A stretch of 64,000 nt of DNA from a virus, in the IMG/VR virus record IMGVR_UViG_3300027759_000050, positions 32,001-96,000 of that record; one strand, 5' to 3'. This document shows positions 31,107 to 39,334 of the stretch, in pieces. Under the pieces are notes generated by a model. That model was not told the DNA's origin. It worked only from the letters and a program-made list of their open reading frames with translations, and searched no databases. The stretch's first letter is position 1, and each line of letters starts with the position of its first letter. The translations under genes were made by a program, and so were the position numbers.

Positions 31107-31324
31107 AGTGGTAGCTTTGCGGCCTTTTTGATTAGATTAACTGATTGTGCTTCTTCACGGATACGAGCCTTGAGAAATGCAGAAACCAATGTTGCTGCAA
31201 TCTCTACCTCGATGCCTGTTTCACTACAATATTGGATAATGACATCCATACAAGGTTGTCCTTGTTCATCAGCCATCTCCAATATTTTAGTGGAGAAATC
31301 GGATATTTCTTCCCTAGTAGCCAT
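31103..31324 (-). CDS. gp33: late transcription coactivator
   Basis: CMDVIIQYCSETGIEVE, LKARIREEA, AKLPL C-terminus; synteny. Confidence 0.85.
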   Translation of the reverse strand: MATREEISDFSTKILEMADEQGQPCMDVIIQYCSETGIEVEIAATLVSAFLKARIREEAQSVNLIKKAAKLPL

Positions 31325-31539
31325 TAGCGTTTACCTAGAGAATAAGCTATGCAAGTTGAAGTGGGAGTTTTTTCATAGGAACATTTAATCGAAAGTGGAT
31401 CAACACCTTTTGAGATTGCTGATTCCATGTTCTTTGCAAAGTTATTTTGTTCGTTTAGGTTACCGATGGTCGCACTTGCAATAATAGAACCAAACAATAT
31501 TGTTAAACAAACGACGGCTGTCATAATATCTTTATTCAT
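31324..31539 (-). CDS. small membrane-anchored hypothetical protein
   Basis: SD AGGAG before ATG 31539; N-terminal TM segment; C-terminal Cys pair. Confidence 0.7.
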   Translation of the reverse strand: MNKDIMTAVVCLTILFGSIIASATIGNLNEQNNFAKNMESAISKGVDPLSIKCSYEKTPTSTCIAYSLGKR

Positions 31540-32083
31540 AAAAACTCCTATTTCTGTCAATTTTATCCACACGGCTTCTATAAAAAATGTGATGACCTAT
31601 TTTCTTCACTTTTTCCAATTTCCATTGTGGATTTACATAGTCGGCATGGTAGTATGTTGCACCTTGTGTAACATCTTCCTTGAGGTCACGGTTTAGAACC
31701 ATGTCCACGGCCAACTCACGAACTTCATTATACAATGAACTATCTCTAATTGTCAAGCGTTTACTGGTAATGTTTTTATCACACAACCAGGAAAACTGAC
31801 AGGTTTCTCCCGTCTTCTGATGAACAACTCCGCAAATATCTTTACTGTAACCGGCTTGAACACGATTAATGGTAACAAAAGCAACAGCTTTCTTACCATC
31901 TAAAGGTTCATGTCCAGCTTCAAAGTAAATGTTCTCTGCAAGGCATGTAACCTGCCTTTTTGTTGCCTCAGTAAGATTTTGATAATCAGCTTTTAGGGGC
32001 ATCCTAAAATTAATGTTTATCATGGAGAGGCAAAGAACTATTGCGGAAACTACTATGCTGAAAAGTATTGGTTTACTTCGCAT
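31532..32083 (-). CDS. SleB/Hydrolase_2 cell wall hydrolase
   Basis: CLAENIYFEA, AVAFVTINRV, ICGVVHQ, CQFSW, GATYYHADYVNPQW, IGHHIFY; N-terminal signal anchor. Confidence 0.92.
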   Translation of the reverse strand: MRSKPILFSIVVSAIVLCLSMININFRMPLKADYQNLTEATKRQVTCLAENIYFEAGHEPLDGKKAVAFVTINRVQAGYSKDICGVVHQKTGETCQFSWLCDKNITSKRLTIRDSSLYNEVRELAVDMVLNRDLKEDVTQGATYYHADYVNPQWKLEKVKKIGHHIFYRSRVDKIDRNRSFYE

Positions 32084-32159
32084 GGGTTTCCTTTCGAAAA
32101 ATTGATAGGTTATTTGGACGGGAATGCCGTCAGGGGAAACCTATTAAACCCTTTTTAGT

Positions 32160-32603
32160 TTAGAAACTAAATTTAAGACCAGCAGTGATACGGCTTCCGT
32201 TTTCTGCAACAACACGGTCTTGACCAGCTTGGTAACTGTAATCAAGTCCTGCTGAAACTGATTTAGTGATTGGCAAACGAGCACCAATACCAACTACAGC
32301 GGCATAACCATCAGAAGATGGGCCTGATTGGCTATCAATAAAAAGAAGACCAAATTTAGCATCAACTGCTACAGGTCCCATTTTTGCTACCTCTACAGCA
32401 TTTACCAAACTATAAGAGTCGGCTGTTGTAGAACGATTGAATCCTGCGGTTAGGTCATAACCTTTTACGGTTTCACCTACTGTAACACCCCAAACATTTT
32501 GCGTTGAGCTAAGATTAGTGCCATCATTGATACCAACTTCTAAAGCTTGTGCGCTTGCAAATACACCCATAAGAGATGCGATAAGTACGAGTTTTTTAAT
32601 CAA
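32160..32603 (-). CDS. outer-membrane beta-barrel protein (8-stranded OmpA/Ail-type)
   Basis: signal peptide MIKKLVLIASLMGVFASAQA; alternating amphipathic strands; C-terminal GLKFSF beta-signal; SD AGGAG with TTG start. Confidence 0.8.
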   Translation of the reverse strand: MIKKLVLIASLMGVFASAQALEVGINDGTNLSSTQNVWGVTVGETVKGYDLTAGFNRSTTADSYSLVNAVEVAKMGPVAVDAKFGLLFIDSQSGPSSDGYAAVVGIGARLPITKSVSAGLDYSYQAGQDRVVAENGSRITAGLKFSF

Positions 32604-32629
32604 AATTTTCTCCTTTTGTTGAACAAATT

Positions 32630-32925
32630 GCCGACTGATTGGATAATAAGGACAGTCGGCGAAACCTCAGCTTAGCTTAAGCAGCTAGGCGATATGCGGA
32701 GTCGTTTGCATTTACGTTTTTTTACTTTTATCGACTATCTGTGTCGGGTAGCCAATTAGTTTACTCATATGTCGGTCGATTACCGTATCATCCCCATCAA
32801 AAGCATATTAGTTCTCAGTGACCGATGCCGTTAAATAACACCGATGTATCTAATATGCTTATGGTGGAGATGGAGGGAGTCGAACCCTCGTGTCGCCATC
32901 GTTTCAAAAAATCAGTTTACTACCA
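32630..32925 (-). ncRNA. ssrA: circularly permuted two-piece tmRNA: acceptor piece about 32925-32862 ending CCA, intervening segment 32861-32796, coding piece from G1 at 32795; tag (A)NDSAYRLAA
   Basis: T-arm GAGGG-TTCGACT-CCCTC and CATCTCCACCA lie UPSTREAM of GGGGATG; the acceptor stem pairs 7/7 with G3.U70; tag frame GCA AAC GAC TCC GCA TAT CGC CTA GCT GCT TAA at 32709-32677; 3' hairpin GCCGACTG...CAGTCGGC. Confidence 0.93.
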
Positions 32926-32929
32926 TTAC

Positions 32930-33022
32930 AACACACTTAGGGAGATTCTCACTCCCGTACCCACAATGTGGGAACTTAGTCTAATTGCACAGCCGAGCCA
33001 TGTCCCAGTTCATAAGTGTGTT
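32930..33022 (-). ncRNA. structured RNA in the tmRNA primary-transcript leader
   Basis: 10-bp perfect closing IR AACACACTTA/TAAGTGTGTT with internal hairpins CCCACA/TGTGGG and GGGAG/CTCCC; begins at the predicted start site of the promoter at 33031-33059. Confidence 0.55.
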
Positions 33023-33030
33023 AAGTATGT

Positions 33031-33059
33031 ATTATATCACAGGATTAGAGACTTGTCAA
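33031..33059 (-). promoter_or_regulatory. sigma70 promoter driving the leader RNA, tmRNA and possibly the OMP gene
   Basis: TTGACA-N17-TATAAT, perfect consensus. Confidence 0.9.
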
Positions 33060-33077
33060 GCCCTTCTGTGAAATGTA

Positions 33078-33842
33078 TTATCCCAGCGTGCCGAGTCTGG
33101 TGCCTGTTGTTAACCAATTGATATATGCATTTGAACCGGTCGTTGTGCAATAACCAGCTGCGCCACCTGATGTACCTAGACCTGCACCGTTACTTCCAGC
33201 AGTACCTAAATTACCGCCTGAACCACCGGCCCAACCCCATCTATCATTACCGTACCCACCAAAAGAACCACCTGAACCACCTGCACCACCAGTTGTAAGT
33301 GTTCCTGCTGTTCCTGCTGTTTGGCCGTAATTCTGAGTTGAACCATTTTTATTCAATGGGCCACCAGCACCGACAATATTACCCGCGCCGCCGCCACCGC
33401 CGCCACCATAACCATCTATGCCACCATTACCACCAGCTCCGCCTCCGCCGCCACCACCACCGCCGGCGATTGTTCCATTGTTGGTAATACTTACTGAGAA
33501 GCTCGCCGTAAGTGCTGGGCCGCCCGGTCCACCGACACTGCCAGCTGAACCAGAACCGCCAATTGAACCTGTACCACCTGTGCCACCTGCACCAGCTATA
33601 GTTCCTGAATTGATTATTTCAACACGGTCACCTGTAGCAAATCCTGAGATTGTTAATGCTGGAGTGGAAATCGATGTACTTCCTATAACCACACCTGAAG
33701 GAATTATGTAAGTTACAACCGATGAACCACTAACATAATTCGGAAACATCGCCGGATTAACGGTCACATTGGTGGCACTAGATGCTGTCACCGATGCAAC
33801 TAATCGCCTCTTTGATAAGAAATAATTAAAAGAACTAAACAT
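33078..33842 (-). CDS. glycine-rich adhesin similar to T-even gp38 receptor-recognition proteins
   Basis: IINSGTIAGAGG, GGPAL, ITNNGTIAGGGGGGGGG polyglycine motifs; start revised to ATG 33842, coupled to the upstream stop. Confidence 0.7.
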   Translation of the reverse strand: MFSSFNYFLSKRRLVASVTASSATNVTVNPAMFPNYVSGSSVVTYIIPSGVVIGSTSISTPALTISGFATGDRVEIINSGTIAGAGGTGGTGSIGGSGSAGSVGGPGGPALTASFSVSITNNGTIAGGGGGGGGGAGGNGGIDGYGGGGGGGAGNIVGAGGPLNKNGSTQNYGQTAGTAGTLTTGGAGGSGGSFGGYGNDRWGWAGGSGGNLGTAGSNGAGLGTSGGAAGYCTTTGSNAYINWLTTGTRLGTLG

Positions 33843-34213
33843 TAAGCATAACCTTGAGAAAAGCTTCCATACCAATATGTTCCGTCACAAATGAATGAGA
33901 GTATGTCGTTTCTGCTGGCTGTTGTAGTTATTGTTGGTGCCGTTCCATAAGGCCATTTTACACCAGTAAAAGTTGCTGTAAAACCTCCAGCAACAGTGTA
34001 AAGCATCAGAATAAAAGAAACACCGGACGCAACAGAAGGCATTGTAAAAGTGCAACTTTGATTCAAAGTGCAAGTTTGATATGTCCCAGTTGCCAGTGAA
34101 AGTGTTTTTGATGTTCCAGAATTACCAATAGCCACGACACCTTCATTATAAGGACCACTTAGTGTTAGACCTGGTAAAGAAACTCCAGAAGTGCCATTAA
34201 TTGTAACAGGCAT
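33842..34213 (-). CDS. small fiber-tip-associated beta protein
   Basis: MPVTINGTSGV start; VKWPYGTAPTITTTASRNDILSF..DGTYWYG motif common in phage fiber C-terminal modules. Confidence 0.7.
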   Translation of the reverse strand: MPVTINGTSGVSLPGLTLSGPYNEGVVAIGNSGTSKTLSLATGTYQTCTLNQSCTFTMPSVASGVSFILMLYTVAGGFTATFTGVKWPYGTAPTITTTASRNDILSFICDGTYWYGSFSQGYA

Positions 34214-34242
34214 TTTTTACCCCCCATTTTTTGTTTATACCC

Positions 34243-34250
34243 TATTTATA
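34243..34250 (-). promoter_or_regulatory. T4-type late promoter
   Basis: perfect TATAAATA about 30 nt upstream of ATG 34213. Confidence 0.75.
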
Positions 34251-34905
34251 AGGTTGTTTTATAGAATTCAATTGCTTTCACAAGTCCCTCAATGTGGTCT
34301 TCTGTCTTTTCAATAAACACCAATGGTTCTGAACCATCTACTGCCATAAGCGTAACAATCTGGTCAACAGGTGTACCAATCATTTCTTCCAACATCAATG
34401 CATACGCAGTTTCTTGCCAAAAGTAAGACATAACCTTATCTCTACTTTTTATTCTGCTACTTGTCTTAAAGTCAATGATGGATAGTTTACCGTTCCAATG
34501 TGCAATCAAGTCAACACGACCAGCAACACCAAGTTTCTTGGAGAACAATGCACACTCTTGATACCAAATATCGGTCACATTGTCATCTATGATTGGTTTG
34601 ATACTCTTGAACATTTCCAATGCATCCGGCATAGCCTTCTTTGAATACTCTAGGTTATTGTTTAGATATGCCTCACAAATACTATGCACATTAGTGCCAC
34701 GACCAGATGCTTTGCGTGAGATTTTGTTTGCTTCTTCTTCACCAACCCGCTTGCGCCATGCAAGTATGTCAGCTTTACTTAATGCACCCAGCACGGTCGT
34801 AATAGATGGCAACCTTGTGCCATCTTCCATAACATAGTATCGACCGTCTGGGAAAGTCTCAGCCTTAATATCTTTTAGTGTAGGTACATCACAATAGTTA
34901 AACAT
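34246..34905 (-). CDS. PD-(D/E)xK exonuclease (Cas4-like fold, usual phoH neighbour)
   Basis: PSITTVL, WRKRVGEEEANKIS, RGTNVH, AGRVDLI, IIDFKTS, QETAYA. Confidence 0.88.
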   Translation of the reverse strand: MFNYCDVPTLKDIKAETFPDGRYYVMEDGTRLPSITTVLGALSKADILAWRKRVGEEEANKISRKASGRGTNVHSICEAYLNNNLEYSKKAMPDALEMFKSIKPIIDDNVTDIWYQECALFSKKLGVAGRVDLIAHWNGKLSIIDFKTSSRIKSRDKVMSYFWQETAYALMLEEMIGTPVDQIVTLMAVDGSEPLVFIEKTEDHIEGLVKAIEFYKTTL

Positions 34906-35669
34906 TATATTCCTAATTTATCGCAGGCAACAATCCATGATTTAACCAAACTGCTGCGAACAATATCGTCTGGTGTAAATCCAATTTCAGTAAACTCATT
35001 CATATGTCTCGCAACATTCAAAAACTCCGCAAGGCCTGATATATCATTCCTACTCTTAATTAGGTCATTCTGTTTCAGGTCGCCAACAAAGATAATCTTA
35101 GAACGGTGACCTACACGGGAGATAACAGAACTCAATTCGTGAAAGGTCATTGACTGACATTCATCTACAATAATGATAGAGTTATCAATAGAGATACCAC
35201 GAATAGCGGTAGTTGAAATGAATCTAGCGTAACCTTGTTCCTTTAATCTTTCCCATGCATCAGAACGACCAAAAAGTGTCTCACAAATTTCTTTGTAAGG
35301 CACTTCATAAATCTCCATCTTTTCTTCTAGTGTACCTGGAACAAAACCTTGGTCCCTTACCTGTACAGCAGAGCGAACAACTACAACATGAGTGAATGGA
35401 TTATCTTTGTTTAATACTTCTTCGATTGCACGATATAAGGCTAAAAATGTTTTACCTACACCTGGTGATCCTAATAGGCCAATAAAGTAATCACCTGTTT
35501 TGTATGCATCAAAGAACTTTTGTTGATTTTGTGTTAGTGCTTCAAATGTTTTTAAATGGTCTAATTTTATTTTTAGTGAGTTTGAAACGGGTTGATGTCT
35601 GTGTGTTGTTGAATCACCTTCAATTGAATCATCACGTTTTTGTATTGCTGTTTTTCTATTGGTTGCCAT
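34905..35669 (-). CDS. phoH: PhoH-family ATPase
   Basis: GSPGVGKTFLA, VRSAV, GFVPG, IIVDECQ, GDLKQND, DIVRSSLVK. Confidence 0.93.
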   Translation of the reverse strand: MATNRKTAIQKRDDSIEGDSTTHRHQPVSNSLKIKLDHLKTFEALTQNQQKFFDAYKTGDYFIGLLGSPGVGKTFLALYRAIEEVLNKDNPFTHVVVVRSAVQVRDQGFVPGTLEEKMEIYEVPYKEICETLFGRSDAWERLKEQGYARFISTTAIRGISIDNSIIIVDECQSMTFHELSSVISRVGHRSKIIFVGDLKQNDLIKSRNDISGLAEFLNVARHMNEFTEIGFTPDDIVRSSLVKSWIVACDKLGI

Positions 35670-35696
35670 TGAAACATCCTTGTTGTTGTTGCGGGA

Positions 35697-35852
35697 TTAT
35701 TTGGAGGTTTTTGTTATCGCAGGATCCTTCTTCAATAAAGCAGCTACTTTGGTTTGTGGGACTTTCTTGGCTTGTGCTTGATGTTTTTGTGGCTGCTTGT
35801 AGAAGCCAGTACCAAGAAGTGCAGGAATGCGATAAGGACGATTGATTACCAT
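35697..35852 (-). CDS. small basic hypothetical protein (51 aa, not in ORF track)
   Basis: ATG overlaps the end of the upstream ORF; MVINRPYRIPALLGTGFYKQ...TSK; fills the intergenic gap. Confidence 0.5.
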   Translation of the reverse strand: MVINRPYRIPALLGTGFYKQPQKHQAQAKKVPQTKVAALLKKDPAITKTSK

Positions 35853-36124
35853 TCTCTGGGCAACTTTGTCTTATGACCTGACATTGTGTTTCCTGGAATG
35901 GTTTCTTTCATGCGTTGAATGACACCACGCTCAAAGGCCATGTGAGCTTGACCAATACCAGGAACAGACATGCGAGCACCGTCTGACATAATTGGAAGAT
36001 TGTGTGCTGTGTGATAGCGTTCAAGGTGTGGATTGTTTTGAGCAAACGAATCTAGTTCCGCAATTCTCATACGGTGTTCTTCTACTTCGTTTGTATCTTT
36101 ATTTAAGAAATCATAGCTGGGCAT
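35846..36124 (-). CDS. FmdB-like small protein lacking the Cys ligands
   Basis: MPSYDFLNKDTNEVEEH...NPHLE pattern typical of T4-like phage FmdB-like proteins. Confidence 0.65.
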   Translation of the reverse strand: MPSYDFLNKDTNEVEEHRMRIAELDSFAQNNPHLERYHTAHNLPIMSDGARMSVPGIGQAHMAFERGVIQRMKETIPGNTMSGHKTKLPREW

Positions 36125-36677
36125 TATACCATCCTGGAACATTACGAGAGTTAATCTTACCACGCCATGAGGCTAGGTGCGTCTTATTATTTATATAGTA
36201 ATTGTGATAGGAGGCAATAGAATCACCGGCAATTTTTACCTCATCAGGCATTGCAGGAGTAGGTTGTGTAAAACCACTGTTCCCAATATTATGAGGAATG
36301 TTTTTAAGTAGTACATCAGCAAGTCCATCTCTTTCAACTTTATGAGTTTTGCCATAACGATAGGTGTATTCTTCACACAATGCAATCAACATGTTAGCTA
36401 ACCAAAGATAGTTTTCAATAGATTGTCTACACCAAATTGCTGATGGATGGTTAATATGAGTTGCCCGATAAAGCAAAGAATCACGATTATCAGAGAGTAT
36501 ATACGTGGTTCGTTGTCTACCAGTTGCACCTCCCCTATCAACAGTAGGGACGCCATCAAGATACCGATGGGCGGTAGAAAGTAGTTGAGCATATTCGATA
36601 ACCATTTTTGTTACATGACGATCCACATGCATTTTAGCACATTCAGCAGGATCATGGGAAAGATAAAAAATGTTAAT
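36111..36677 (-). CDS. denV: pyrimidine-dimer DNA glycosylase (DenV-like); probable ATT start at 36677
   Basis: in-frame (I)NIFYLSHDPAECAKMHVDRHVTKMVIEYAQLLSTAHR, HINHPSAIW, EYTYRYGKTH, PTPAMPD; AAGGAG 7 nt upstream of ATT. Confidence 0.85.
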   Translation of the reverse strand: MNIFYLSHDPAECAKMHVDRHVTKMVIEYAQLLSTAHRYLDGVPTVDRGGATGRQRTTYILSDNRDSLLYRATHINHPSAIWCRQSIENYLWLANMLIALCEEYTYRYGKTHKVERDGLADVLLKNIPHNIGNSGFTQPTPAMPDEVKIAGDSIASYHNYYINNKTHLASWRGKINSRNVPGWYNAQL

Positions 36678-37203
36678 TTTGTTTCTCCTTCAAAGCTTTA
36701 TAAAAATTACCAATCATAATTAATTCATCTAATGTTGCATCTTTTTTAAGTTTATTTGCTCTTACGGACATAATCATAATGTTATTTTTAATGTAACCTT
36801 TACTATTGTCAATCCTATCGATACTTGGTGCATTTTGGTTGTTTCTTCTTGTACCTGTTTCCAATTTGATGTTTAGCACCGGACAAAAATCAGGAATAAT
36901 AATGTCATCTATTTGTATGTTATGTTCAATTCCAGATACTTTAGCTCTTTGTTTTGAATTATTCAACATATGTCTAGCTGGTTCATTTTTCCAATTTTCT
37001 TTTCTTTTTTCTCTTTCTTTTTTTGCTCTTTCACTACAACAAGATTTACAATTATCACGGATTCCTTGCGAAGGATCATTTTTTATTTTATACGAAAATA
37101 GATTTTGTGTCAACCATTTTTTACAACCAACACACATAACTTTTGGTCTTGCTGTACCATGTTGATTTTTACCATTTCTGGCCATTTGCGGCATCTTTAA
37201 CAT
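36673..37203 (-). CDS. HNH/His-Cys-type homing endonuclease
   Basis: N-terminal CxxC...CxxC; IPDFCPVL, PSIDRIDNSKGYIKNNI, RANKLK; preceded by late TATAAATA at about 37234-37241. Confidence 0.8.
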   Translation of the reverse strand: MLKMPQMARNGKNQHGTARPKVMCVGCKKWLTQNLFSYKIKNDPSQGIRDNCKSCCSERAKKEREKRKENWKNEPARHMLNNSKQRAKVSGIEHNIQIDDIIIPDFCPVLNIKLETGTRRNNQNAPSIDRIDNSKGYIKNNIMIMSVRANKLKKDATLDELIMIGNFYKALKEKQN

Positions 37204-37263
37204 AAATCCTCCTGTGCATATTCTTATATATTATATTTATAAAAAAAGAATATGCTAGAATAT

Positions 37264-37518
37264 TCATAATTGAATTTGTATCCGTGGCACTTCTTGCCAA
37301 ATTCCATGTAGTTTAATATTGCCGTATTGGTCATGTGTATGCATACAAACTTGTAAAGCAACCTTATCTATTTTTCCATCTTTCATATATTCAGCCACCC
37401 GAAACTCATAACTGATTGGTTCGGGGATTGTAACAGACCAACTTGGTGAAGGTGGCGGTGGAGGTGGTGGAAAAGGTGTTAGCTGGTTAACAGTGAATGT
37501 ATTTGTCGTTAATATCAT
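37264..37518 (-). CDS. hypothetical protein with poly-Pro tract
   Basis: ORF in frame with the operon; PFPPPPPPPSP; YEFRVAE. Confidence 0.6.
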   Translation of the reverse strand: MILTTNTFTVNQLTPFPPPPPPPSPSWSVTIPEPISYEFRVAEYMKDGKIDKVALQVCMHTHDQYGNIKLHGIWQEVPRIQIQL

Positions 37519-37793
37519 AGTACCATTCTTAATAGTCCGATAAAGTCGATGGTGACCAATAGGCAATAATTAGCGAGCATACCAAAGGAACGCCGACTAT
37601 AAGCGCACCCAGCGTAAATAAAACAACCTGTAATCCAAACTGGGTACAAGAAAAGAAGGGGAGGATTAGGCACGGTGAGGGCCATAGTGATAGAACAACC
37701 AATAGATATAGCCCAAGCAAGGACCTCAAAACAAAAACGTATTCTATTACTTTTGTAATCATTACCAATCCATTTTAGAATGTTACTCATCAA
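37515..37793 (-). CDS. small integral membrane protein
   Basis: about three hydrophobic helices; overlaps neighbours in ATGA style. Confidence 0.7.
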   Translation of the reverse strand: MMSNILKWIGNDYKSNRIRFCFEVLAWAISIGCSITMALTVPNPPLLFLYPVWITGCFIYAGCAYSRRSFGMLANYCLLVTIDFIGLLRMVL

Positions 37794-38055
37794 ATACTGT
37801 AGACCATTTTTTTAGTTTGTGAATTTTGTTTTCTTGTGCTTCAAGCACCTTGACAGGATTAATAATTTTCAAATCGTAGCAAATGTAAACCATAGCCATT
37901 AGGTCACCTATTTCTTCTTCTAGGTGTTCACGATTAGTTTTAGTTGTATTTGGCTTGATGTTATCGAGGCCAAACCTAAAACATTTACTAATCGCTTGTA
38001 TTACCTCTGCACATTCTTCTTGTGCAATTAACAATACTTCTCGGTTATTATCCAT
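37783..38055 (-). CDS. MazG-like NTP pyrophosphohydrolase
   Basis: EECAEVIQAISK and LEEEIGDL acidic motifs. Confidence 0.8.
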   Translation of the reverse strand: MDNNREVLLIAQEECAEVIQAISKCFRFGLDNIKPNTTKTNREHLEEEIGDLMAMVYICYDLKIINPVKVLEAQENKIHKLKKWSTVFDE

Positions 38056-38375
38056 TATTCAAGACTCGCTGCGCCGCCAGCAACACTCATACCTTGTTTT
38101 GGTGGCCGACCTGGACCACGGCGTTCTTCTTGCGGTTGCATTTTTTGAATTCGTGCTGCAATATCTTCAGGTGATACTGTTTGTAGTGCAAATTGCAAAA
38201 ACATAGCATAAGAATCTGTAACTTTCATGGAGTTTTTACCACCAACAGCCGCAGCATCAGGGAAAAACAGATTACAACCACCTTCACGGAGTGGTGCAAT
38301 TTCTAGAATTGAATCTAGATTGATAATTACTTTGGTGTTTTTTTCAACAGAAAATACTTCGATAAATGTGCTCAT
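38055..38375 (-). CDS. hypothetical protein with C-terminal AT-hook-like motif
   Basis: RRGPGRPPK near the C-terminus. Confidence 0.7.
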   Translation of the reverse strand: MSTFIEVFSVEKNTKVIINLDSILEIAPLREGGCNLFFPDAAAVGGKNSMKVTDSYAMFLQFALQTVSPEDIAARIQKMQPQEERRGPGRPPKQGMSVAGGAASLE

Positions 38376-38407
38376 AATATTCTTTCAGGTTAGTGGTTGG
38401 GTTGTAT

Positions 38408-38587
38408 TTATTCGTCTTTATTCTTAGCATTCACACCCATCATATGTCGTTCGGATGTATCTGCTGCGTACTGAGCTTGAATCATGTTTTTCTTAAAAGC
38501 ATTTCGCTGTTCCTCAGTTTTGAAAGGTAACAGAGCAATCATAGTTTTATTTTTTTTCGACAGTTTAAAAGTGGAAGGGGTTTTCAT
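38408..38587 (-). CDS. small basic hypothetical protein (59 aa, not in ORF track)
   Basis: SD AGGA; MKTPSTFKLSKKNKTMIALL...RNAFKKNMIQAQ. Confidence 0.6.
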   Translation of the reverse strand: MKTPSTFKLSKKNKTMIALLPFKTEEQRNAFKKNMIQAQYAADTSERHMMGVNAKNKDE

Positions 38588-38822
38588 ATAATCCTAAAAA
38601 GTTATTAACAAAATACAGTATAACACAAAGACACATGATTGTCAAGGTCTTATATCCTAGGGATACCATTTCATCACGGTAATAATCAACTTCTAATTCC
38701 AAGAAGTCTCTTTGGCCTAGAAGCATAGGTTGACATTCATCCTCACCACCCATCATTAGGATAGTTTTTTTGGCTTCACGCAACCTATTCTTTGCCTCAA
38801 AATAATTAAATATAGATTTCAT
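38565..38822 (-). CDS. hypothetical membrane protein
   Basis: 85 aa with a C-terminal TM helix. Confidence 0.65.
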   Translation of the reverse strand: MKSIFNYFEAKNRLREAKKTILMMGGEDECQPMLLGQRDFLELEVDYYRDEMVSLGYKTLTIMCLCVILYFVNNFLGLYENPFHF

Positions 38823-39334
38823 TAGATAAAACCATCTTCGTTTTGAAGAGCAATAGATCCATCTTCAACTGTGTGGCGATATTCATAGATTGGTTTATCT
38901 GGCACAGTATATGGAAATGTCACAGGCACACGGGAATCACGGGCAGTATAATATATTTTGATTGCTTGACCTGTTTCCAAATCTCTAAACCATTCCCAAA
39001 ATACCTTGCCATCAATATCATAACAAGAACCATCAGCATCTTTGAATACTGAACTATGTCGGTTATTTTGCCAGCGCATGGTAGTTCCATCTCCGTAGGA
39101 TGCTACATCATTCCATTCAGAATCTTCACCAGTCAATGGTGTCAATGGTTTAAAGTCCATCAATTTGGTTAGAATTTTTATTGCATATGGTGCAGAGAAA
39201 CCAGAATGTCCTTCATCAGCAAATTCTTTGACCATGTGTAGAATATGTTTACGCATCGCAGAATCATATTCACCATTATCAACAAGACCTAGAAGGTCCA
39301 TTTCTCTTTCGGCGTGCTTAACTAAATTACTCAT
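38822..39334 (-). CDS. conserved phage hypothetical protein
   Basis: FADEGHSGFSA, PLTPLTGEDSEW, QNNRHSSVFK, PVTFPY. Confidence 0.75.
   Translation of the reverse strand: MSNLVKHAEREMDLLGLVDNGEYDSAMRKHILHMVKEFADEGHSGFSAPYAIKILTKLMDFKPLTPLTGEDSEWNDVASYGDGTTMRWQNNRHSSVFKDADGSCYDIDGKVFWEWFRDLETGQAIKIYYTARDSRVPVTFPYTVPDKPIYEYRHTVEDGSIALQNEDGFI

Noticed and set aside
32825-33121. Plus-strand 98-aa ORF (MVEMEGVEPS...)
   Set aside because: It is the antisense translation of the tmRNA T-arm and promoter region, a typical shadow ORF.
34246-34905. CRISPR-Cas system suggested by the Cas4-like nuclease
   Set aside because: No repeat-spacer array or other cas genes were seen; this nuclease is the usual phoH neighbour in T4-like phages.
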